This document shows, piece by piece, positions 48,801 through 57,041 of a stretch of DNA of 64,000 nucleotides. Made by a program: the position numbers and the translations under genes. The stretch is from Promethearchaeia archaeon (lineage in GTDB: Archaea > Asgardarchaeota > Lokiarchaeia > Sigyniarchaeales > SOKP01), in contig JAWOCD010000110.1 of NCBI GenBank assembly GCA_046483985.1, positions 32,001-96,000 of the forward strand, given 5' to 3'. The first letter of the stretch is position 1. Every line of letters begins with the position of its first letter. The notes beneath the pieces were generated by a model. The model did no database searches and was not told the origin of the DNA. It worked only from the letters and a program-made list of their open reading frames with translations.

Positions 48801-49508
48801 CTATACTTCAGGGAATTCCATCGCGGAAGCCTTTTGTCCGCCCATCATTTGTTCCATTCCGCCAGATGCTTGATTTTGAATTCCGGCAATCCGCTGCAAC
48901 AGTGTATTGATTCCTAAACTGCATAAGAAATACCAGCTGGTGAAATTAATCCAACCATTTCTTTCCGAAATAGCTCTTACAGTTCCATAGACCGCCTTAG
49001 TCCATTCATAGGTTTCTCCACCGGTGGACGCCATGAGAAAGTCGCTTATGAAGGGCACATCCCAAGGATTCATCGGCGGCATCGCAACCGGTAATTGATA
49101 TGTTGTTCCGCCTACTTGAATAGAAAAGATTCCACGCAGTATTGCAAAGATGATAATCATAGGTAAGAAAGTAATACATGTCGGTTTTAATCTACTGAAT
49201 GCCATTCCTCGTTGGCTTTCTTGAATAAATTTATCCTTTCGTTCCCATTGTTTTCGCTCTTTTTGATATCGTGCCGGGTTGATATCTGCCAAATTGATGA
49301 TTTCTTCTTTTCGTTTTTTGTGCTTTTTGATGAGTTTTTGCTTCCTTTGGATCTCCTCCGTGTCTGTTAAGAGTTTCGTGAGCCCAGTACTAATTACGGC
49401 GACCGTTGAGGATAAAAGCATAATAAAAATCATTGAGCCGGGAGGATATTTTATTAACTCTATAAATATATTCTCCTCTGCAAACATGAAAATAAGCATC
49501 TTTTTCAA
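48801..49508 (-). CDS. EMC3/TMCO1 (DUF106, Oxa1 superfamily) membrane insertase
   Basis: TM-coiled coil-TM, KPTCITFLPMI, WYFLCS; follows secY. Confidence 0.9.
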   Translation of the reverse strand: MKKMLIFMFAEENIFIELIKYPPGSMIFIMLLSSTVAVISTGLTKLLTDTEEIQRKQKLIKKHKKRKEEIINLADINPARYQKERKQWERKDKFIQESQRGMAFSRLKPTCITFLPMIIIFAILRGIFSIQVGGTTYQLPVAMPPMNPWDVPFISDFLMASTGGETYEWTKAVYGTVRAISERNGWINFTSWYFLCSLGINTLLQRIAGIQNQASGGMEQMMGGQKASAMEFPEV

Positions 49509-49609
49509 CTATGTCAATTTTTTTTTAAAACGAATTAAATAAATATAGTATTAAAAAAACTCGTAATCCTAAAAATTTTCGGAATATTTTTGGATGAAAA
49601 AGCATAAGA

Positions 49610-51079
49610 TCAGCCTAATCCAAGAAAACCGCGCATTCCGGGATACTGCTCAGCAGCTGCTTCCTTGCTGATCGTTTCGGCATATTGGTGCATAATCTCT
49701 ACACCTAAAAGCAAACCTGTTCCTGAAGAGAGTGCGCCTAATCCGTCTGCGAAGAAACTTAATATAGCGAGTACTATACCATTCAAAATCACAAGCATCG
49801 GAATATAACGCTTTAAAATCCGTTCGATAATCTTCTCAGATTGCCGAAAACCTGGTACTTGCATCCCACTATCGAGAATTTGTCCTGCAATATCACGAGG
49901 GGCTAGTCCGCTTACTTCTACCCATATCTGACCTAATTTCACACAGAGGACGACAAGTATTACAAAGTAAATGCCGGCACGTATCGGATCTCCAGTGAGT
50001 TGATCCAATCCCTGGGGCGCAGTAAGGAGATAGATTAATCCCGATTTCGGCGTAAGCTGGCTCCCAAGCCCAGTTCCTGCACTACTTGCCTCAAATGTCC
50101 CTATAAGATCTATCCAGAAATCGTACCCCTGACCCCGCAACGCTGATCTGGGTCCTGCTAGTAATTGCCCGAAGAATAAGATGTTTGCATATAATGCGTG
50201 CACTAATATAACTGGAATTACGGACACATAAAAAAATTTGATGGGGTATTTCCCCTTAAAACCCCGATATCCAGCATATTGCAGTGGTAGTTCGATTCTC
50301 ATACTTATAAACCATATAACACCAAGAAAAATGATAATTGTTGTAATTACTCCTAAAAGAGAGGGCAATCCGGCTTCTCTGATAAAGAGATCTCCTATCC
50401 TAGTGTTTGAGTCCCCATCAAATAAAGCTGTGAAAAACGCAATGAAAATTCCCCTTTGTAATCCCCTTTCTCCTGCTTCAATAAAACTAAAAGAATTCCA
50501 GAAAATTTGACCGGCAACTCCTGCCGCAATGAAGAGGGACACACCGCTCCCTAATCCCCACCCTTTCTGTAAGGTTTCATCAAGCAATATAATAATAATA
50601 CCTGCAAATAGGAGCTGCAGAAAGATGAGCACAACGTTTTGTAATCCTAATTGTGTTACGTTCCCGAAGGCTCCCCCCAGAATATACGCAAGTGAATTGA
50701 AAATAGTGAGAAAGATTGCCAATACTTTTTGGGAACCACTAAACATGGAACGATCGTAAGGGTCATTCATGTCGACATCTATCATTTTACTCCCGTTCAG
50801 AAGTTGCATGATAAGTCCCGCAGTTACAATTGGTCCAATACCAAGCTCAGTAAGTGTTCCGCGCTCGCTTGCCAAAATGACCCGAAGCGAATAAAAATAA
50901 TCTGTTGATTCCTCAAGTTGGATTCCGTATAAAGGAATGTTTGACATAATTAAATATATAACTAAGACAACCGCAGTCCAGATAAACTTTTCTTTAAATG
51001 CTACTTCCCGTTGCGGTTGCTTAACTTCTGGCATTACCCGTACAAAGGGGGATAATGCCTTTAGGAACTTCCCAGCCAT
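49610..51079 (-). CDS. secY: Preprotein translocase SecY/Sec61alpha
   Basis: GTLTELGIGPIVTAG, GWGLGSGVSLFI, PIKFFYVS, VPGFR. Confidence 0.97.
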   Translation of the reverse strand: MAGKFLKALSPFVRVMPEVKQPQREVAFKEKFIWTAVVLVIYLIMSNIPLYGIQLEESTDYFYSLRVILASERGTLTELGIGPIVTAGLIMQLLNGSKMIDVDMNDPYDRSMFSGSQKVLAIFLTIFNSLAYILGGAFGNVTQLGLQNVVLIFLQLLFAGIIIILLDETLQKGWGLGSGVSLFIAAGVAGQIFWNSFSFIEAGERGLQRGIFIAFFTALFDGDSNTRIGDLFIREAGLPSLLGVITTIIIFLGVIWFISMRIELPLQYAGYRGFKGKYPIKFFYVSVIPVILVHALYANILFFGQLLAGPRSALRGQGYDFWIDLIGTFEASSAGTGLGSQLTPKSGLIYLLTAPQGLDQLTGDPIRAGIYFVILVVLCVKLGQIWVEVSGLAPRDIAGQILDSGMQVPGFRQSEKIIERILKRYIPMLVILNGIVLAILSFFADGLGALSSGTGLLLGVEIMHQYAETISKEAAAEQYPGMRGFLGLG

Positions 51080-51322
51080 CTCTCTCTTTACACCACTACA
51101 AAATCGTAATCTTTTTTTTGAAAAATTTTTAAGAATTATGTTCTAAAGCTAAAAATAGTAAAAAAAATTTATGATTTCCAAAAAGAGTCATAAAGTCTCT
51201 TGGGTTTAATCTGAAATTAGGTCTGGAAATGCTGAATGTAAGTAAAAAATTAAAAAAATGGAAAAATAAATGTTCTGTTTATTTATGAAAGTTGCTCATC
51301 TTTAAAAGGAAAAATTGTGAGT

Positions 51323-51637
51323 TTAGAATAACGAGCCAATACCAGCTACTTCTTCATCCTCTTCTTCTTCCTCTTCTTCTTCATCCTCTTCTGCTTCTTC
51401 CTCTTCCCCTTCTTCAGGTGCAGCTCCTCCAACAGGTGCAGCAGCCGCTGTAACGGGTCCTGCAGCTGCATTTTTAATGATCTCTTCGATATCGGTCTGC
51501 TTAAGTCCGGCAACTAATTTGGCAATCTGTTCCTCATCACCATCGATACCTGCAGCTTTAAGGACTTTTTTAATATTATCTTCCGTAATGCTCTTTTCCG
51601 CTTTGTGCAGGAGAAGTGCAGAATAAATTGATTCCAT
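51323..51637 (-). CDS. rpl12: Ribosomal stalk protein P1/L12
   Basis: YSALLLH, Ala-rich hinge, acidic tail GIGSLF. Confidence 0.96.
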   Translation of the reverse strand: MESIYSALLLHKAEKSITEDNIKKVLKAAGIDGDEEQIAKLVAGLKQTDIEEIIKNAAAGPVTAAAAPVGGAAPEEGEEEEAEEDEEEEEEEEDEEVAGIGSLF

Positions 51638-51695
51638 AAGCTTTTTTACCTCTTTTATTTTTTTATTTATAATTTTGTTTTATTTTTGCATTTAA

Positions 51696-52724
51696 TCAAA
51701 ATAATCCTCCAATATTAGGAGAATCTTCGTCTTCATCCTCATCTTCGTCACCATTACCGTCATCGCCACCAAATAGATCACCCATCCCAGCTTCTTCGTC
51801 CTCCTTTTCTTCCTCAGTTTTTTTCTCTTCTCTTTCAATAGACGATTCTTTCTCTTGAACACCAAAAACGAGGGAATTAATTGTGGCCGCAGTCGATTCA
51901 GCCTTTTTAATATATTCATCGATCATATCCCCTACAATGATTGGCATTTCAAACATAAGACCTAATCCTTGTCTATAGGCTTTCTGTAACAATGGTTCAA
52001 TGGTTTCTTCATCGACTATCTCCAGTTCAAGCGCAATAGTTAATGCCGTCTGGAAATGGGATGCAATATCTTGTTTGAACTTTCCCGTATCCATATAAAT
52101 TACGCTTTTTGGAAGAATTTCTTCGTCACACCATGCATAATGAATCTTGATAACAGATTCCACGGGTCTTATTCCCAATTTTTTTAACACTGCTGCTTCC
52201 TTAACCGATACTTTTTCTCCTTCTTCGTGGGTGACAGTATCTTCTCTAATCCATATAGTATCGTTTTCAATTCTCGTAGGGAGTTTTAATGTGACATTTA
52301 ATTCACTGATAACTTGTCCCGTAGGCAATCCTGTATCTCCCTTCTTAACGATAATATCTGAAGGGGCAGGTTCATTGGGGCTTGCTGCGATCATCCATTT
52401 ATTCTCTTCAAATAACTTCTTTAACTCGAAGATGTCCATATTGGTGAATAAAAGACTTGATTGTCCGGGGATATTTTTTTCTAATTTGTCTAAATTCTCC
52501 TTCCCCGATTCCTTTTGATATTTCTCGATTGCCCGCGTTTGGAGAGATCGTTTACTCATTCGAAGAATTGCATCTCCTCTCAATGTCTTTCGCATGGACT
52601 GTACTTGTCTATCTGGGATTTTTGATAATGGAATGACTGCAACATTATCATATTTTTTAAATAACTCTGTCAATTGGTTAACTTCTTTTAATTTCCATTC
52701 TGGTATGTTCTGGTTTTTAATCAT
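51696..52724 (-). CDS. rpl10: Ribosomal protein uL10/P0
   Basis: IPEWK, GDTGLPTG, acidic tail GGLF; ATG at 52724 preferred. Confidence 0.95.
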   Translation of the reverse strand: MIKNQNIPEWKLKEVNQLTELFKKYDNVAVIPLSKIPDRQVQSMRKTLRGDAILRMSKRSLQTRAIEKYQKESGKENLDKLEKNIPGQSSLLFTNMDIFELKKLFEENKWMIAASPNEPAPSDIIVKKGDTGLPTGQVISELNVTLKLPTRIENDTIWIREDTVTHEEGEKVSVKEAAVLKKLGIRPVESVIKIHYAWCDEEILPKSVIYMDTGKFKQDIASHFQTALTIALELEIVDEETIEPLLQKAYRQGLGLMFEMPIIVGDMIDEYIKKAESTAATINSLVFGVQEKESSIEREEKKTEEEKEDEEAGMGDLFGGDDGNGDEDEDEDEDSPNIGGLF

Positions 52725-52728
52725 TTCA

Positions 52729-53451
52729 TTACACCCCCAAATCATCCAAGAATTCATCATCAATTTTAACTGGTTTTCCCATTGTGCTTTTCACATACAT
52801 AGATTGGATGTTATTATATCGATGCGGCATTTGACTCACAACATAATCCACAATTGTTTCCATATTCTCGAAGAGTTTTTCTTCATCCATAGATTTCTTT
52901 CCAATTATTGTTTGAACGATTGGCTGTTGGCGGACTCTTATCTTAATTATTCGCTTATATCGATCCACCGCCGTTTTTAGATCTTCGGGTGTGGAGATAA
53001 TTCCATATCCATCTGGAAAAGGTTTTGGCATTTTTCCAGCAGGCCCAAGAAAACGGGCAAGATAACGAGCAACATTTCTCATCTGTTTGTCCTCGACAAT
53101 GAAAAATTCATAATTTTTTACGAACTTTTTTTTATCCCGTTTTTCCTCATGGCTGAGTGCTTCTAATTCGTCCTCATCTAACACTTTCACATCTAAATCT
53201 TTGGCTTCTAAATAAACTTCTCCGGATCCGATAACACAGATGCTTGGGTCTGACCTAATCTCATGCGGGAGTATCAGTTCTTTATCGATTCTTTGTTTTG
53301 GGTCATTTAAATCAAGATCTTTTAGGTTCATAATAAAATCGATTGTTTCATCGAAATTCCGTTTTTTGGGTTCATGTCCCTCCTTTCTAATTATTGCTAA
53401 TTCCAGCGCCGCGTCAATCGAACGCTTTAGTAATTTTTCATCTACCTTCAT
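52729..53451 (-). CDS. rpl1: 50S ribosomal protein L1 (uL1)
   Basis: KRNFDETID, LGPAGKMP, KSTMG. Confidence 0.96.
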   Translation of the reverse strand: MKVDEKLLKRSIDAALELAIIRKEGHEPKKRNFDETIDFIMNLKDLDLNDPKQRIDKELILPHEIRSDPSICVIGSGEVYLEAKDLDVKVLDEDELEALSHEEKRDKKKFVKNYEFFIVEDKQMRNVARYLARFLGPAGKMPKPFPDGYGIISTPEDLKTAVDRYKRIIKIRVRQQPIVQTIIGKKSMDEEKLFENMETIVDYVVSQMPHRYNNIQSMYVKSTMGKPVKIDDEFLDDLGV

Positions 53452-53454
53452 TTT

Positions 53455-53955
53455 TTATTTCTCGACCTCCTCGATTTTATCATCATATTCTCCCGATTCG
53501 ATTCTTTTTTGAATAACTCTGGGATCTTCCCCCTCCACTGTTAATCCTATGGAAAGTGCTGTACCCAATACCGTTTTTAATGCTCCTTTAAAGGTTTTAT
53601 CAAAAAACTTTTCTCTTTTTGCTTTTGCTACATTCATTGCCTGATCAATTGAAATATCTCCAGCTTTTTCCTCTGCGACATTTTCAGACCCCATACTTAA
53701 TCCCGCCTCTTTAAGTAAAAGAGAGGAGGTTGACGGAGTTTCTACGAATATTTCGAATTGTTTTGTACTTGGGTCACATTCAATGCGTACTGGTACAGTT
53801 AATCCTTGAAAAACCTCAGTCTTTTCATTTACTGCATCAACCACATCTTTGATATTAATCCCTGTGGGACCTATAGCGGGACCGATAGGTGGTCCTCCCG
53901 AGGCCTTCCCTCCTGTGACGAGTGCGTTAACGGTAACTTTCCCTTCTTCACTCAT
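53455..53955 (-). CDS. rpl11: 50S ribosomal protein L11 (uL11)
   Basis: GGKASGGPPIGPAIGP, GTALSIG. Confidence 0.97.
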   Translation of the reverse strand: MSEEGKVTVNALVTGGKASGGPPIGPAIGPTGINIKDVVDAVNEKTEVFQGLTVPVRIECDPSTKQFEIFVETPSTSSLLLKEAGLSMGSENVAEEKAGDISIDQAMNVAKAKREKFFDKTFKGALKTVLGTALSIGLTVEGEDPRVIQKRIESGEYDDKIEEVEK

Positions 53956-54008
53956 GATAACTCTTTTTTTTATTTAATTTAGAATTCAAAATTAATTATA
54001 AAAAGCAA

Positions 54009-54083
54009 AGGACCTATCAGATGGTACTATGTTTCATTCCAATATCTTTTTCTTGCTATATCGGAACCGTACAAATACGTCCT
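54009..54083 (-). promoter_or_regulatory. Candidate structured 5' leader of the rpl11-rpl1-rpl10-rpl12 operon
   Basis: Nested stems AGGAC/GTCCT, GTAC/GTAC and TTCCGATAT/ATATTGGAA; the G.U pair favours the minus strand. Confidence 0.45.
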
Positions 54084-54421
54084 AAGTTTTTAAGAATTAA
54101 TTTGAACTTAGTAATTTTTAAAATGAATTTAAATTAAAAAATTTTCTCTTTCCAACGAGCGGTAAAATTATATTTCCTTTAAAAACCTAAATTCTTTGAA
54201 AATCAATACAATTCTTATATCATCAAACATTTTTTAAAAAGAAAAAAAGTTTTAAAATTAATAAATAAATAAAACAAATTAAATAATAAAGTATGGGATA
54301 TCATTTAGGTATACTTTTAAATGAGTATCTGGACATTTTTTAAAAAAACTAATTGATTATTATGGTTTTTCATCGTATAAGAATTACAATTGATAATAAA
54401 CCATCGCGGAGGTTTTCTTAA

Positions 54422-56500
54422 ATGCCACGAGGTATGCTCATGGCACGATGGGATGACAGACTTGGAGTTGTATTGGAGGCAAAACATCCCGAAGATATAA
54501 CTCGGGGCTTGAGTGATGATGATCTACTCACAATCTTCTCAACTCACGCTATGTCCGAATCTGCAGGGATTTTATCGATGAGAATTAAGCGGTTCTCAAT
54601 TGTTTCATATTACACTGGAATTCCCGAGGATGAAATGGAAGATCAATATTTTGTGGCGCTTATTCTAAATGATCAAGAAAATCCAAACACCTTTGAGGAA
54701 TCACTTACAGAAATTGGAAAAATGGTAATTGATGCCTTTGGGCAACCGGGTTTTGAAGATTTTTATCGAGAAGCCTTTGACAGAGTCTCTAAGATGAAGG
54801 AAATCTCAGAAGAACAAAGATATGCCTTTATTTTCCGGGATAAAGTTCGAAATCTATGCCTTTCCAAGTTGACAGATGGTCCAATGACCAAGGAAGGCCT
54901 GGCAAAATGGTTATCAAAGGAAGTAGAATCAGAAGTTACAGATATTGATGGTCTCTTAGCGCCCCTCTTAAAAACCGATTTGGTAACGGAACTAAACATC
55001 TCAAAAGGAAAAAAAGTCTCTCTTGAGTACATTTTTTTGCTCCGGGATGTTGCGCTAATTCGAACTCCCCATGTGGATCTCTTTAAAGCCGCTAAATCTG
55101 AACAAATGAGTCCGGAATTGGCAGAAACTTATGTAAAAGAAGTTGAAGATTTCTTTAAAAACTACCGAATTACCGCAGAAGATTCCCGCCTAATCTCTGA
55201 ATTCATAAGTAACCCGGATACCTATGATATTATTAAAGTCTTACGGGAAGGATATATGACTCGGGAGGAAATACCTACAAAGATCGAACGAGATATGCCT
55301 AATATCGACCGACATCTGAAGCGATTAGCCGAGGATAATGTAATTCTACCAATAAAGGATAAAAAACAGAGAGTATGGGTCTTTCTTTTAAGTGACATTC
55401 AAGCAATTACTTTCTTCCCTGAATATATGGTGGATATCATCCGTCGTCGATGGAAAGAAGGGACTATTGCGAAAGAAATAGCATTAAAGCATTTAGAACT
55501 TCTCAGAGCAGAATATATCTCAACTCAAGCACCTAAATTCAGAGAAAAGATATTTGATGCAATTACTGATAACTACAATGAAGCAGAATCAAACATTCGA
55601 AAGAATAATCTCGATAAAGCTGCAAGTAACTTGGATGTATGCTCCTCACAAGCATATGATATGGGTGAACGGAAGTTAGGTGCCGAGTTACTTAACGCAG
55701 CAAAGCTTTTACGGGAAGATAAACAAAAATATATTGAGGAGCAATGGCAAGAAGATAAAGAAACAATTTTAACACACTTCGAACGGATTAAACAAAATTT
55801 AGAGGAAGCAAAAGGGAAAAAGCCAAAAAAGCAGAAGAAAATCGCGGTAAAAGATAAGGAAAAGGGCCCGAGCGAAAAAGGGGAAGAACTTGACAAGGGT
55901 AAAGGAAAAGAAATGAAAGAAGAGGAAGTTAAGGCAAAAGGGAAATTTTCTTTATCAGATTCAATGGAGGAAGTTAAAGAGGCAACCACAGAAGGCCAAT
56001 CCCAAGAAATTGAAGAGGCAACCACAGAAGGCCAACCCCAAGAAATTGAAGAGGCTGCCACAGAAGGCCAACCTCAAGAAATTGAAGAGGCTCCAAAAAA
56101 AACAGAAGAAGAACTGGAAGAAGAAAAAAGCCTAAAAACGGTAATCTCTGATTTAAAGAAAGAATATAAGAAGGCTCAGAAAGCTAAAGATTATACTGCG
56201 GCAGCAGAAATTGTCCAAAAATTAGCAGATGCATATAAAGAAGCGGGAGATATAAAACGAAGCCAAAAGTTAATCGAAAAGAAAAATGAGTTGACTATAA
56301 AGGCTTTAGCGAATATGCAAGAAAAGTTGCTTGATAAAGCAGAAGAAGCAAAAAAGCAAGGAGATATGGAAAAAGCAGCGAAATTTTATGCAGAATGTAG
56401 TTCTATCGCAAGCGATCTTTTCAAAGCGGGGAAAACGGAGCAAGCTGATGCAGTCAAAAAGTTCAAATCATTAGAAAAACAATGTCGTGAAAAAATGTAA
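54422..56500 (+). CDS. Longin/uDENN-like + tandem wHTH + MIT/TPR-like helical protein
   Basis: MPRGMLMARWDDRLGVVLEAKHP..IVSYY..FVALILNDQENP; two wHTH-like units ending FLLRDV and FLLSDI; C-terminal DYTAAA and DMEKAAKFY repeats. Confidence 0.65.
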   Translation: MPRGMLMARWDDRLGVVLEAKHPEDITRGLSDDDLLTIFSTHAMSESAGILSMRIKRFSIVSYYTGIPEDEMEDQYFVALILNDQENPNTFEESLTEIGKMVIDAFGQPGFEDFYREAFDRVSKMKEISEEQRYAFIFRDKVRNLCLSKLTDGPMTKEGLAKWLSKEVESEVTDIDGLLAPLLKTDLVTELNISKGKKVSLEYIFLLRDVALIRTPHVDLFKAAKSEQMSPELAETYVKEVEDFFKNYRITAEDSRLISEFISNPDTYDIIKVLREGYMTREEIPTKIERDMPNIDRHLKRLAEDNVILPIKDKKQRVWVFLLSDIQAITFFPEYMVDIIRRRWKEGTIAKEIALKHLELLRAEYISTQAPKFREKIFDAITDNYNEAESNIRKNNLDKAASNLDVCSSQAYDMGERKLGAELLNAAKLLREDKQKYIEEQWQEDKETILTHFERIKQNLEEAKGKKPKKQKKIAVKDKEKGPSEKGEELDKGKGKEMKEEEVKAKGKFSLSDSMEEVKEATTEGQSQEIEEATTEGQPQEIEEAATEGQPQEIEEAPKKTEEELEEEKSLKTVISDLKKEYKKAQKAKDYTAAAEIVQKLADAYKEAGDIKRSQKLIEKKNELTIKALANMQEKLLDKAEEAKKQGDMEKAAKFYAECSSIASDLFKAGKTEQADAVKKFKSLEKQCREKM
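55979..56092 (+). repeat. In-frame 36-bp tandem repeat x3 (EA[T/A]TEGQ[S/P]QEIE)
   Basis: GAGGCAACCACAGAAGGCCAATCCCAAGAAATTGAA and two near-identical copies. Confidence 0.92.
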
Positions 56501-56540
56501 TTTTTTTCTTTATTATTTCATTCCTATTTATTATTTTTTC

Positions 56541-56753
56541 TTATGAAAACCTGCAACATAACCTTCGTCCGAAACCAAGATTATGTTTCATATATTCATC
56601 TTCTAAGAATTTCATTAATCTCTCATATCCTATATCCATTTGTTCAGCAACATTTTTTATCTTTACACCGGGAGTTGCCATTAATTTAAATATTTGCTTT
56701 TTTTTATCATCATCAATTGGTTTTTTTTCTTTCTCCATATGTTCCAAATGCAC
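56541..56753 (-). CDS. Small HTH-like protein ending in CCRFS
   Basis: IKNVAEQMDIGYERLMK HTH-like segment. Confidence 0.6.
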   Translation of the reverse strand: MHLEHMEKEKKPIDDDKKKQIFKLMATPGVKIKNVAEQMDIGYERLMKFLEDEYMKHNLGFGRRLCCRFS

Positions 56754-56861
56754 TTTAACCTAAAAAAACTTAGCTTTTAGATCGATAAACATACTTTAAC
56801 GATCCTTTCTAAAGCAATGGAACGGATTTTCTACGACACACAGCCCTAAGATATGCCCACC

Positions 56862-56919
56862 AGCTAACGCTTAGTGGACTCGTAGGAATCCCCGACCTTT
56901 AGGGCGGGGAGACTTCAAT
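56862..56919 (+). mobile_element. IS200/IS605-type right-end relic (58-bp repeat, copy 1)
   Basis: AGCTAACGCTTAGTGGACTCGTAGGAATCCCCGACCTTTAGGGCGGGGAGACTTCAAT; near-identical at 63427-63484. Confidence 0.75.
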
Positions 56920-56995
56920 TATTGGGGTTCGATTTCTGTCTAACTTCTCTATTTACTTTCAATTCTAATTTTAATTTGTGTGGATCGCTTATCAA

Positions 56996-57023
56996 TTTAA
57001 CGATCTGCGAAAGAAGTCCCCAT
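56996..57023. repeat. 28-bp dispersed repeat, copy 2
   Basis: Identical to 35499-35526. Confidence 0.85.
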
Positions 57024-57041
57024 CCCTTTAGGATTAGAAAT

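Noticed and set aside
54009-54040. Hammerhead ribozyme (GAAAC..GUA..CUGAUAG on -)
   Set aside because: Core is CUGAUAG rather than CUGANGA, and stem I cannot form
55573-56061. Ser/Phe-rich antisense ORFs here and at 31623-32051, 18883-19095 and 11575-11871
   Set aside because: Shadows of K/E-rich genes on the opposite strand
55979-56092. 36-bp repeats as a CRISPR array
   Set aside because: No spacers, in frame within a CDS, and no cas genes in the window
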